Source of the DNA: Omnitrophica bacterium GWA2_41_15
GTDB lineage: Bacteria; Omnitrophota; Gorgyraeia; Gygaellales; UBA12090
Assembly (NCBI GenBank): GCA_919902675.1
Contig: CAKKRH010000006.1
Coordinates: 42,810-106,809 of the forward strand
Length of the DNA stretch: 64,000 nt
Direction: 5' to 3'
The position numbers and the translations under genes were made by a program. Below are positions 38,158-47,392 of this stretch, one piece after another. Numbering within the stretch: position 1 is the first letter of the stretch; each line of letters begins with the position of its first letter. The notes below the pieces were generated by a model, which saw nothing but the letters and a program-made list of their open reading frames with translations, was not told the origin of the DNA and made no database searches.

Positions 38158-38377
38158 GAAGCCTTTCCTCCCGCCTGGATTTTAAGAGCGCCTCGGTAAG
38201 GCGCAGGCCTTTTAATTTTCCCTTGAGCGCTTTAATAGCGTCATAGGGAACCGGTAAAACAGTTATGGTATGACCATCATCAACCCACTCCAGTTTAGTC
38301 TTTGGCTTGATATTATACCTTCTACGTATTACCGCCGGTATGGCAGTCTGGCCGCGAACAGTAACTGTACTTTCCAT
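38150..38377 (-). CDS. vapB: AbrB/SpoVT-type antitoxin VapB
   Basis: 75 aa. VTVRGQTAIPAVIRRRYNIK is a swapped-hairpin AbrB-like motif. Confidence 0.7.
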   Translation of the reverse strand: MESTVTVRGQTAIPAVIRRRYNIKPKTKLEWVDDGHTITVLPVPYDAIKALKGKLKGLRLTEALLKSRREERLRG

Positions 38378-38494
38378 TTTTCATTACCTCCCTAATAGTA
38401 ATTATACAAGATTTTTACTATATTTTCAAGATTATTATTTAAAATTGCTTGTTTTAATGCCTGATGAGCATACAGGTATAAGTTTGGGCATCAC

Positions 38495-39973
38495 TTAGAA
38501 TCCATACCAATAATTCACTATCGGCTTGGTGCCCTGGGTTTGGTCTGTCACTATATTCTTTAGCCGGGTATATTCCAATAACCCTTCCCGGCCCAATTCC
38601 TTGCCAAAACCGCTTTGCTTAAATCCGCCGTAAGGGGCCTCATTATAAAACATCCCGTAGGTGTTGATCCAGCATACCCCGGAATTGATTTGAGAGGCCA
38701 ATTTTTGAGCCAGGGCCGTATCCCCTGACCAGATGGCGCAGGCCAGGGCAAAGTCCGTGGCATTGGCTAATTGGACAGCCTCATCCGCATCTGAAAATTT
38801 ACTCACGCAGACTACCGGGCCAAAGACTTCTTCCTGAAATATGCTCATCTTGGGCAAGACATCCGCGAATACCGTCAGCTCAAAGAAAAATCCCTTTTTT
38901 AATTCCGGATTATCCGAAATCTTCCCTCCGCAAAGCAGTTTTGCCCCTTCTTTCTTGGCCTTTTCCACATATTCAATCACTTTCTCGCGCTGGGCCTTTG
39001 AAATCAACGGCCCCATCTGGGTTTCGTAATTCAGGCCATCGCCTAATTTTATCCTTTTGGCCTTCTCCACAAAGCCAGAGATGAATTTATCATAAATATC
39101 ATCCTCAGCCAGTATCCGGGACATTGCCGTGCACATCTGGCCTTGGTTTAAGAATATAGAACACAAAGAGCCGTTTATTGCCAGCTCTAAATCCGCGTCT
39201 TTTAAAATTATCCCCGCGGATTTTCCGCCCAGCTCCATAATCAGCTTTTTGACATTCTTAGAAGAATAGCCAATAATCTTTTTCCCCACCTCGGAACTAC
39301 CGGTAAAGGAAACCATATCCACCCGTTTGTCCGCGCAGAGCAATTCCCCGGAAACATCACCGGTGGCATTAATGATATTAACTACTCCTTTAGGCAAACC
39401 GGTTCCTTGAATAATCCTGGCTAATTCTAAAACGGTTAAGGGGGTTAGGCTTGAAGGCTTTAAAACAACCGTGTTTCCCGCGGCCAGGGCCTGGGCCAGT
39501 TTCCAGCAGGCAATCAGTAGTGGATAATTCCAGGGCACAATCAAAACCACAACGCCATGAGGCTCTCGGACAAGACGGCTTCTGGCATTCTCTAATTCTC
39601 TTGTTTCTTCTTTGAGAAATCCCTCTAGATTATTGGCAAAGTATTCAAAGGTTTTCGCGCTTGAAGGAATATCCATAAAGGTGGATTCTTTTATGGGTTT
39701 ACCGGTATTAAGCGTCTCAAGCCTGGCCAGCTCTTGGGCCTTGTCCAGAATACCCTGGGATATTTTAAGCAAAAAGCCCTTGCGCTCCTCTAAGGAAATC
39801 CGCGGCCAAGCCCCCGCGTCAAAAGCCTCCCGCGCCGAGCTTATTGCAAGCTCTATCTCATCTTTAGAAGCCACCCCCGCCTCGGCAATCACCTCGCCAC
39901 TGGCAGGATTGATAACCGCCTGCCTGTTTTTGGTTTCTACAAACTCGCCATTTATATAAATAAAATAAAACAT
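38495..39973 (-). CDS. NAD(P)-dependent aldehyde dehydrogenase
   Basis: 492 aa. Contains ELGGKS and the catalytic Cys context FLNQGQMCTA. Confidence 0.9.
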   Translation of the reverse strand: MFYFIYINGEFVETKNRQAVINPASGEVIAEAGVASKDEIELAISSAREAFDAGAWPRISLEERKGFLLKISQGILDKAQELARLETLNTGKPIKESTFMDIPSSAKTFEYFANNLEGFLKEETRELENARSRLVREPHGVVVLIVPWNYPLLIACWKLAQALAAGNTVVLKPSSLTPLTVLELARIIQGTGLPKGVVNIINATGDVSGELLCADKRVDMVSFTGSSEVGKKIIGYSSKNVKKLIMELGGKSAGIILKDADLELAINGSLCSIFLNQGQMCTAMSRILAEDDIYDKFISGFVEKAKRIKLGDGLNYETQMGPLISKAQREKVIEYVEKAKKEGAKLLCGGKISDNPELKKGFFFELTVFADVLPKMSIFQEEVFGPVVCVSKFSDADEAVQLANATDFALACAIWSGDTALAQKLASQINSGVCWINTYGMFYNEAPYGGFKQSGFGKELGREGLLEYTRLKNIVTDQTQGTKPIVNYWYGF

Positions 39974-39991
39974 CGCTAAAAGATAATAATG

Positions 39992-40357
39992 CTATATATC
40001 AGAAAGTCCAGATAAGTTCGGAATCTTTTTCTCTACCGGTTTAAAAAGATGGCTTATCTTTTGACACAGCTCATCAAGAGAAGAATCAGAACATCCTAAA
40101 AGATATACACAAACTCCTTGAATACCAAAAAGCCTAGCCCTATATTGCACATCCCTTCTTCTAACTGGTTTCAGCCTAGAAAGAATTGTTTTATAATCCT
40201 TTGGAACAATACATAAGAAACTATTCTCCCTCCTGAACAACTTAGAATATTCCAAAAGCAACATTTTATCTATTTCTGACCATTTAATTACACCTATATA
40301 AGGAATAGTTATGTTTTCTTTATTAATGCGCAGCAATCCTTTCTTTCCAAAAAACAT
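39992..40357 (-). CDS. Hypothetical protein, possibly a PH-like soluble domain
   Basis: 121 aa. The in-frame upstream extension encodes a hydrophobic segment (VLIALLFIFVLCLW) with no start codon. Confidence 0.35.
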   Translation of the reverse strand: MFFGKKGLLRINKENITIPYIGVIKWSEIDKMLLLEYSKLFRRENSFLCIVPKDYKTILSRLKPVRRRDVQYRARLFGIQGVCVYLLGCSDSSLDELCQKISHLFKPVEKKIPNLSGLSDI

Positions 40358-40439
40358 GAGTTTATGGATATGCCATAAACATAATACAAAAATAAAGAGT
40401 AGGGCGATTAAAACACTGTTATCTTTATCTGTATTACAA

Positions 40440-40574
40440 TTATTTACTCCTGGAACAAAAAATTATTAGTAATGCAAGTATAATCATAAAAAGAAAAACA
40501 CAAGCTTGTAAAATCGCAAAAATTAAGCTTTCGTCATCAGGGCGCAAAATAAATTCCTGCTGTTTATCTTCCAT
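40440..40574 (-). CDS. 44-aa TM peptide, possibly the 5' part of a frameshifted gene joined to 39992-40357
   Basis: My own translation gives MEDKQQEFILRPDDESLIFAILQACVFLFMIILALLIIFCSRSK. The next ORF lies in the +1 frame. Confidence 0.3.
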   Translation of the reverse strand: MEDKQQEFILRPDDESLIFAILQACVFLFMIILALLIIFCSRSK

Positions 40575-40578
40575 ATCG

Positions 40579-40672
40579 ATTATTTTATATTAACCTGCTT
40601 AAACAGCTCAAACAGGCGGCTGAAGGGGACATACCAGCGGGAGAGTTTGCCCAGTTCGCCTTTTTGGTTCAT
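40579..40672 (-). pseudogene. Duplicated 3' end (last 30 codons) of the aldolase-SCP2 gene
   Basis: MNQKGELGKLSRWYVPFSRLFELFKQVNIK compares with ...KLKGELGKLSRWYVPFSRLFELFKQVKIK of 42447-43472. The 94 nt aligns to 42446-42539 with about 10 mismatches. Confidence 0.8.
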
Positions 40673-40728
40673 ATTTTACCTTTGCGTAAAATAGTCATAA
40701 CTTATTTATATTGAATATGTTAAATAAG

Positions 40729-40777
40729 ATTATAACTAAATTATAACTAAATTATAACTAAATTATAACTAAATTAT
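40729..40777. repeat. 11-nt tandem repeat (attataactaa x4.5)
   Basis: Counted directly. The last unit overlaps the stop codon of the AlbA_2 gene. Confidence 0.9.
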
Positions 40778-42447
40778 TTGTTTCGTCTCAATGTCCATTT
40801 AGGAGTTTTTCGCGGCCCTGAATTTATTATGCTCTTATCATTATTCGCCATGTCAAAAAGTAAATTAGAAATTTTCTTAATCTTCTGTTCAGGATTGAGC
40901 ACATTAGATAATTTATCCATCAATAAATCATCTATTTCTTTTCTCGTGGCGCTGCCGTATTTTTCCAGGAAAGAAATTATCATTTTTTTATAATGCTCTT
41001 TGTCAAATGCCCTGTTTTTGATGTATATGGCCTTTTCACCCGCGATATCGGCAATCTTTGAGACTACAAAAAGATTAGGATACCTTCCTTCCACTAGTCT
41101 TTGTTTTTTTAATCTTTGATAACTCTGTTTGGCAATCTTATTCTTCTTTTGAATTTTATCAAGCAAAATAACCGTCTGAATATCCAAGTCCGTGTGCTTA
41201 ATAAGCAATTGGGTATAATTTTGGTCAATTACTTTTCCGGTAATTTTTACCGTAACCTCGTTTGGATTTTCTAGTATGTAAGTCGGTAAAGGAAAAAACC
41301 GCTCCCGCTGTTTTGTAAACATTTTTTTGATGCCGCCGCCAACAGTATCTATCATATTTAATGTTACCATGGCATTGGCGAGAAACTGATTGCGATAATA
41401 TCTTGGCGGGGCGTCTTTTTCTATCACGGACTCCACGGTGCCGGGAAGGAAACTGCCAGCATTGGAAAAGATAAGCTCTTCCGGTTTTTCAATAATGGAT
41501 ATTCGGGAGCAAAGTTCATAATCTTGATGAGCGATACAGTTATGCAGGGCCTCGCGAATAACATAGGGTTCATATTGTGTAATCTCTATGGGGAATAAGG
41601 TATTGTCAGGAAGATAACGATACTTTAAATTGCGTATTTTGGCTAAGGCCAAGTCGGTATTTAGAATAAACGGCGCTCCAAAATGTTCATAATCTTTGTC
41701 GGTGTTTTTCTCGTCTCTAAGAATCCAGCTTATTTTAGCGGTAAAAGGAGAAATAAAATGATCGGATTCAGATTTCCCAAGCAAAAGAATCGCGGCTCGG
41801 GTCAACCGCCCTTCAATTGCCAGCTTTACTTTATTAAGAAGAGTAATATCATCCCAAATACCCGCATCCGCGGATAGGTTAGGAAATTTAATCTTAAACT
41901 CTTGCCGGGCTTTAAGAATAGCGTTGGCATCCAAATCGGAAACAGAGACGCCATCGCATACCTGAGCCGACCAATCAGGCTTAGTTTGATTGCGTATCGC
42001 TTCATATTCCTGAGGGCTAAGCGCCGCCAGAGATTCCCCTTCCCTGCCGTAATAATGTCCTTCCCAAGACACCGGCATACCTTGCGGCGCGGATGGAACT
42101 TGAAACATAATGATTCGTTTCCCATCTTTTTCAAGCTCATATATTTCAATGAATGTTATGCGAGCCGTGGTTTTATCGGCAATTTCTTTCTTTAAACGAT
42201 CCAAGGCGCGCCTGCCGTATGCCCGATAACCGGAACCCAAGACTTTCTTAGTCTTATCGTCAACTCCAAAAACCAACCAGCCGCACTCCTTGTCGTTAAG
42301 ATTAGCTTCATTGCTTATCGCGGAAAAATACTTTCCCATCTTATCAAAAGGGAAGTCCTGTTTGGCATGTTTAAACTCAACCCATTCCGTTTCCGCGGGC
42401 AAGCTCAACAATTTCCGCAACTTTTCTAATATCTTCGTTTGATCCAT
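40774..42447 (-). CDS. AlbA_2 (Schlafen-like) DNA-binding domain protein with a C-terminal HATPase_c_4/wHTH-type region
   Basis: N-terminus is ETEWVEFKHAK...GKYFSAISNEANLNDKECGWLVFGVDD. The central region is REALHNCIAHQDY. This family is commonly annotated as a putative transcriptional regulator or RecG-like. Confidence 0.65.
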   Translation of the reverse strand: MDQTKILEKLRKLLSLPAETEWVEFKHAKQDFPFDKMGKYFSAISNEANLNDKECGWLVFGVDDKTKKVLGSGYRAYGRRALDRLKKEIADKTTARITFIEIYELEKDGKRIIMFQVPSAPQGMPVSWEGHYYGREGESLAALSPQEYEAIRNQTKPDWSAQVCDGVSVSDLDANAILKARQEFKIKFPNLSADAGIWDDITLLNKVKLAIEGRLTRAAILLLGKSESDHFISPFTAKISWILRDEKNTDKDYEHFGAPFILNTDLALAKIRNLKYRYLPDNTLFPIEITQYEPYVIREALHNCIAHQDYELCSRISIIEKPEELIFSNAGSFLPGTVESVIEKDAPPRYYRNQFLANAMVTLNMIDTVGGGIKKMFTKQRERFFPLPTYILENPNEVTVKITGKVIDQNYTQLLIKHTDLDIQTVILLDKIQKKNKIAKQSYQRLKKQRLVEGRYPNLFVVSKIADIAGEKAIYIKNRAFDKEHYKKMIISFLEKYGSATRKEIDDLLMDKLSNVLNPEQKIKKISNLLFDMANNDKSIINSGPRKTPKWTLRRNK

Positions 42448-43472
42448 TATTTTATCTTTACCTGCTTAAACAGTTCAAAGAGGCGGCTAAAAGGGACATA
42501 CCAGCGAGAGAGTTTGCCCAGCTCGCCTTTTAGCTTCATCTTGCCCTGCATTACTGCCACAAAGGGGTCGAGCTTGCCTAAGAATACCAACTGCCAGGAA
42601 TCCGCAGGCGCGGAAATTATAAAAGGCGCGTCTTCATCAAAGTCTAACTTAACAATCTTTCCCTTCTCAAAATTAAATTTATAGGCGCTGTTATGGCCGC
42701 CTGCCCCGAGCGTAGTCGAAGGGTCTAATTTTATGGCTAATTGCAGGGTCAAATCTAATTCCTGGCCCTTTTTAGCGATAAACTCATCCTTGTTCACCAA
42801 ATCCACAATCGCCTGGATATGCTCTTTGGAAAACATCACATACGCGCTGTCTTGGGCAAGATTTTCCTTAAGCGCCTTATCCAGCTCGTCCAGAACATCT
42901 TTCTTAAATAAACGGGCAGTGGCGGCCACCTTTACCGCCTCCTCTAAAGTCTCAATAAAATAAAGGCAGTCGCTGAATTTATCGGCTACCGAAACCACCC
43001 CATGATTCTTAGCCACTACCAGATTGCTGGCCTTTAAGGCCTCAACAATCAATTCCGGCCTGCTAATCGCCGGGGTATCCTGCTCCACTACCGGGATATT
43101 GCCCAGATAGAGCTTGCTCTCAAAGGTCAAGGTCTTAAGTTCCGGACAAACCGCGAAATAGGCATTGATCAGGGTGGGGTGGCAGTGGATGATATTTTTA
43201 TGGGGGGAATTCTCATAGACCATCCGGTGCAGGGGAAATTCGGTAGTCAGGCGCTTATTCTTCAGGTCTTCTTCGTTCTTTAAGTCAACTTTGATGATGT
43301 CGTCGTGGCTAAGACTGCCTAAACTTGAGCCGGTTGAGGTAATCAGAATAGTATTTTCATCTAAGCGCGCGCTTAAGTTGCCGGAACGGCCAACCACCAA
43401 GCGCAGTTCATAAAGTTTCTTCCCAATATTAACTACTTCATCCCGGAGGGCTTTTTCTTTTCCGAAGATCAT
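42447..43472 (-). CDS. Class II aldolase/adducin-domain protein fused to a C-terminal SCP2 domain
   Basis: N-terminal half: GRSGNLSARL...TTEFPLHRMVY...IIHCHP. C-terminal half: WQLVFLGKLDPFVAVMQGKMKLKGELGKL, which is SCP2-like. Confidence 0.7.
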   Translation of the reverse strand: MIFGKEKALRDEVVNIGKKLYELRLVVGRSGNLSARLDENTILITSTGSSLGSLSHDDIIKVDLKNEEDLKNKRLTTEFPLHRMVYENSPHKNIIHCHPTLINAYFAVCPELKTLTFESKLYLGNIPVVEQDTPAISRPELIVEALKASNLVVAKNHGVVSVADKFSDCLYFIETLEEAVKVAATARLFKKDVLDELDKALKENLAQDSAYVMFSKEHIQAIVDLVNKDEFIAKKGQELDLTLQLAIKLDPSTTLGAGGHNSAYKFNFEKGKIVKLDFDEDAPFIISAPADSWQLVFLGKLDPFVAVMQGKMKLKGELGKLSRWYVPFSRLFELFKQVKIK

Positions 43473-44410
43473 CTGGCAATCCCTAAATGAAAATGTTTGG
43501 TGATTAGGTTATTAGGGGTGATATCAAAGGCCGGATAAAACCCTTTTACCCCATAAGGGGCCAGGCGCAGGCCCTGGTATTCCAGCAACTCCTTCTCTGG
43601 CCGGATTTCTACCGTTATATCCTTACCGCTTTTGGCCTTGGACGGCGGCGGGCAAAGGACATAAAAGGGAACCTTGAAATGTTTAGCTACCAAGGCAATC
43701 TGGTAGGTGCCGATTTTATTGGCTACGTCTCCGTTTTGGGCCAATTGGTCCGCGCCCACAATCACCTTGGTAATCTTGCCGCTGGACATAATGCTGGCCA
43801 CCATACCGTCGGTCATTATGGTTACCGGAAATCCTGCCAGATGCAATTCCCAGGCAGTCAGCCGGCTGCCCTGCATATACGGCCGGGTCTCGGTAACATA
43901 AAACTCAATATGTTTGCCGGCCTTGCGGCAGAACTCGGCAATTAAGGGTAGCTCACCGCTGACATTGCAATGGGTAAGGATAACATCTTTGTTTTGAATA
44001 ATCCTACTTACCTCTTCGGCCCTCTGGATGCGCTTGGCTTTGAGCATCTCCAAGAAACCAAACATAGTTTTCTCCAAATCCTGACCTTGGGCCTGCCAGT
44101 CTAAGACCATATCGGTCAAGAATTTAAAGGGTAGGGTGGGACGGGCCGAGTTAAGCGCCGCGGCAGTTTTCTTCAAAACCGGAAGGATATTTTTCTTATT
44201 CTTATTTTGTTTTAATACTAACAAGAAAGTATAAAACACAAGAGATACCTGGCCAAAGGCCCGGGTTTTCATTTCCTTAATCGCCTTAACCGCCTGCGGA
44301 TAGGTCTTGGCTTTGACATAAGTCAACTTGTGCGGCAGCAAGGTTTCATCCAGGATATAAATGGTGTTTCCTCTTAATTCTACCGGCCAAAAAAGGGGAG
44401 AAAATTTCAT
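43469..44410 (-). CDS. Methylthioribose-1-phosphate / 5-deoxyribose-1-phosphate isomerase family (eIF-2B-like, MtnA/DrdI)
   Basis: Contains ETRPYMQGSRLTAWEL and GADQLAQNGDVANKIGTYQIALVAKHFKVPFYV. Confidence 0.75.
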   Translation of the reverse strand: MKFSPLFWPVELRGNTIYILDETLLPHKLTYVKAKTYPQAVKAIKEMKTRAFGQVSLVFYTFLLVLKQNKNKKNILPVLKKTAAALNSARPTLPFKFLTDMVLDWQAQGQDLEKTMFGFLEMLKAKRIQRAEEVSRIIQNKDVILTHCNVSGELPLIAEFCRKAGKHIEFYVTETRPYMQGSRLTAWELHLAGFPVTIMTDGMVASIMSSGKITKVIVGADQLAQNGDVANKIGTYQIALVAKHFKVPFYVLCPPPSKAKSGKDITVEIRPEKELLEYQGLRLAPYGVKGFYPAFDITPNNLITKHFHLGIAR

Positions 44411-45156
44411 TTTTCCTCTAATCTTTTTACCGTTTCCAAAGCAATCTCAATCAGCTTGGTCTCGGCCATATAGTAAAGTGGATTCATAAAGCCCATCTCG
44501 CCAGTGATAACATTATCGCTGACTGCCAGGATGGAGCCGGCCTTGATATTATAAGTCTGAGCAATAGTCAAAAGGGTCGAGGAAACCATATCCACTGCCA
44601 TTGCCCCTTCCTTGCGTTTGGCCTCAACAAGTTCTCGGGTTTCACGTAAAAGAGCATCAGTAGTCCAAACAGTGCCGCGATACACATTCGCCCCTAAATC
44701 CTTGGCCACTTTCTCCAGGGTATCACTAATCTTTTTATCCGCGACAGTTTTAAAGTTCGAATCCACATAATACGGCGTAACCCCGTCTCCCCGGATAATT
44801 TTATCCACCACCACTAAATCCCCAACCTTGATATTTTCATCCAGCGCGCCGCAGGTACCGATACGGATGATATTGGGTATCTGGGCATTACACATTACCT
44901 CGGTGGTAATTGAGGTATCGGTGGAAAATCTCCCCCCGTTTATCGCGGTAACTTTAATCCCCTGATAAGTTCCGGTATGCATCGTGTATTCCATAAAAGA
45001 GAAATTCCTAACCGGATTCTCTATCTTCTTCATCAACACATCTAGCCGATCCTTGGGCCCGGGGACAATGGCATATTTACCCACATCCTGCGGCCTTAAC
45101 TGCACCATCCCGGTTAAATCTTTTCCGGTCAAATGAACCTCTTTTTGCATCCGCAT
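44407..45156 (-). CDS. Nucleoside phosphorylase, PNP/UDP family 1
   Basis: Contains IIRIGTCGAL, and MVSSTLLTIA resembles the E.E/M motif. It is translationally coupled to the isomerase gene. Confidence 0.7.
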   Translation of the reverse strand: MRMQKEVHLTGKDLTGMVQLRPQDVGKYAIVPGPKDRLDVLMKKIENPVRNFSFMEYTMHTGTYQGIKVTAINGGRFSTDTSITTEVMCNAQIPNIIRIGTCGALDENIKVGDLVVVDKIIRGDGVTPYYVDSNFKTVADKKISDTLEKVAKDLGANVYRGTVWTTDALLRETRELVEAKRKEGAMAVDMVSSTLLTIAQTYNIKAGSILAVSDNVITGEMGFMNPLYYMAETKLIEIALETVKRLEEK

Positions 45157-45171
45157 AGTTTTCTCCCTTAA

Positions 45172-46095
45172 TTAAACAATCACGTCTAAACTGATTATCT
45201 TCCCTATGTTCATTCCCAACATCAATTCTTTTTGTTTATTAGGCGTGTCTAATTCCCGAATCGCCTTTATCGAACCCCTGACATCCTTATTCGCCGGATA
45301 ATCTGAACCCCATAATAAATGCTCAGCCCCAAAGGTATCCAGAGCCATTTTCAATATATTCTTTGACTTCACCGCGCTGGTATCACAGTAGATATTTTTA
45401 AAAATCTCCGACGGCGCCTTGCCTAAGTCTTTGACGATATTCCTCATCCTGAGCATTGTATACACCGTATCAAAACGGTCTTTAAGAAAAGGCAAAACCC
45501 CGCCAAAGTGGGCAAAAATAAACTTTAAGGCGGGAAAATGGACAAAAACTCCGGACATCATCATCTTGGAAACACACATCGTCATATCAAAGACATATTC
45601 AACTACCGGGGTAAGCAGGGGGTCGTTTACCCTTTCAAAGCCGATAGGATTAATGGTCTGAGTGTGCACGAATATGGGGACATTTTCGCCTTGGGCTTCT
45701 TCGTATAAAGGATAAAACCGTTTGTCGTCAAGATAGATACCGCTATAACTGGCGGCCAAAGATATCCCCCTTAGTCCCAGCTCCATGCGGCAGCGCTTAA
45801 ACTCATAAAGCATTCTTTCTTTATCATGAATGGGCAGGACGCCCAAGCCGATGAATTTGTGGGGATATTTACGGATAACCCTGCTTAAGCCGTCGTTATA
45901 AAGCCTGGCTGCCTTTTCTTCATCGCTTAGTTTGATGTGGGCGTCAGTAGTAGGATAGTGCAGGATTGCCTTTTCAACTCCGCTTTCTTCCATACCCTTT
46001 AACTGGGCCTCTATATCCGTCCAGCTGGGATTATAAAAAGAGGCCACCTTGACAATCTCCTCCGGCAGATAATGGCTATGGGCGTCAATAATCAT
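45172..46095 (-). CDS. Amidohydrolase-2 (ACMSD-like metal-dependent hydrolase/decarboxylase)
   Basis: Begins MIIDAHSHYLP and ends with the ...WGSDYP motif. Confidence 0.7.
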   Translation of the reverse strand: MIIDAHSHYLPEEIVKVASFYNPSWTDIEAQLKGMEESGVEKAILHYPTTDAHIKLSDEEKAARLYNDGLSRVIRKYPHKFIGLGVLPIHDKERMLYEFKRCRMELGLRGISLAASYSGIYLDDKRFYPLYEEAQGENVPIFVHTQTINPIGFERVNDPLLTPVVEYVFDMTMCVSKMMMSGVFVHFPALKFIFAHFGGVLPFLKDRFDTVYTMLRMRNIVKDLGKAPSEIFKNIYCDTSAVKSKNILKMALDTFGAEHLLWGSDYPANKDVRGSIKAIRELDTPNKQKELMLGMNIGKIISLDVIV

Positions 46096-46904
46096 TGCGG
46101 CAGTCCTTTTAAGAAAGCACTGATTCTTTCTTTTAAGATATCTTCAGACTCGAAGAAATTACTGTTGTGGCCGCCGCGAATATCCAGGAATTCTTTAGGC
46201 GGCGCGGCTTCGTCATAAAGCTTCCTGCCTAACCTATAAGGAATAATCTCATCATTAATACTATGGATTATCAGCTTAGGGATATTTATGTTTTTAATTT
46301 TCCAGCTGGAATAAAATTTGCTGGCAAATATCCAATGCGGCAGAAACGGATATATCGCCTTGATCATATCTTTCGCGGAGCTAAAAGAACTATCCACAAT
46401 AAGCGCGGCCATTGTATTTTTTGATGCCGCGTCAATGATAACCGCGCCGCCTAACGACTCTCCATAGCCGATAATAGTATTCGCCGTTATCCCTTGAGCA
46501 ACTAAATACTCATACGCTGCCCCGGCATCAAGATAAAGACCTTTTTCTGAAGGCCTGCCTTGACTTCTGCCGTAACCGCGGTAATCAAAAATAAACACAT
46601 TACAGCCTATCTGCTTGAAAAACTTTAACTTTTCAATCCTGTGACTGATATTTCCCGCGTTCCCATGCGCGAAAAGAACCGTGTACTTAGCCGCGGGTTG
46701 AATAATCAACCAACCGTTAAGCATATAACCGTCAGAGGTCTCAAAATTGACCTCGTTATAACGCATTCCGGAAGCTTCAGGCGTATAAACAATCTCGTTT
46801 TCCGGATAGAAAAGGCTCTTTTTCTCAATATAACGCAGATAAACGAATATTAAGACAAAAGTTATTACTGCCGAAAAAATATGGGCATATCCTTTTAAAA
46901 CCAT
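46092..46904 (-). CDS. Alpha/beta hydrolase with an N-terminal TM anchor
   Basis: Contains HGNAGN and the nucleophile elbow GESLGG. Confidence 0.75.
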   Translation of the reverse strand: MVLKGYAHIFSAVITFVLIFVYLRYIEKKSLFYPENEIVYTPEASGMRYNEVNFETSDGYMLNGWLIIQPAAKYTVLFAHGNAGNISHRIEKLKFFKQIGCNVFIFDYRGYGRSQGRPSEKGLYLDAGAAYEYLVAQGITANTIIGYGESLGGAVIIDAASKNTMAALIVDSSFSSAKDMIKAIYPFLPHWIFASKFYSSWKIKNINIPKLIIHSINDEIIPYRLGRKLYDEAAPPKEFLDIRGGHNSNFFESEDILKERISAFLKGLPQ

Positions 46905-47389
46905 CTTCCGAATAGCGATTGGGCGATAATTCCGGCCAGCGGCGGAAATATGCAGGTAGAGGCCAGCCGCACCAGGGCCATCTTTACCCCTACCACCCCG
47001 ATCTCAATAGGCAGACGGGTAATCGCCCAAAGGCTCCAGGCAGTTATAAAGGCGACTATCGTTCCGATACTGGCCCCGGTCTTTACCAGGCCAGCGACAA
47101 TAGGGAAGCTGGTATAAGGCCCGCCGGGGACAAGGCTACCGGCCAGACAGCCCAGAAGAATCCCCTTAAGCCCGGACTCCTTACCCACCCAGCGGTTGAT
47201 AGCCTCTTTAGGGATCAAGGCCTGGATGATCCCGGAAAGGATCAGGGCGAAAAAGAGCATCGGCAGGATTTGAACAAATAACCTCGCCCCGTTGTTTAGG
47301 CCGCTAAACAGGATTGCCTTATCCCTGAAAAAGGCGATCGTTCCAAGAACAAGCGCCAGAACCAGCATTGTGATGGTGGTAAAGAACAT
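46895..47389 (-). CDS. Small integral membrane permease-like protein
   Basis: 164 aa with 4-5 hydrophobic segments. It resembles a half-size YraQ/DUF318-type permease, but this is a weak call. Confidence 0.4.
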   Translation of the reverse strand: MFFTTITMLVLALVLGTIAFFRDKAILFSGLNNGARLFVQILPMLFFALILSGIIQALIPKEAINRWVGKESGLKGILLGCLAGSLVPGGPYTSFPIVAGLVKTGASIGTIVAFITAWSLWAITRLPIEIGVVGVKMALVRLASTCIFPPLAGIIAQSLFGRWF

Positions 47390-47392
47390 TTT

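Noticed and set aside
40729-40777. The tandem 11-mers were considered as a possible CRISPR or mini-array.
   Set aside because: The units are contiguous with no spacers, are only 11 nt long, and no cas genes are present. This is a simple tandem repeat.
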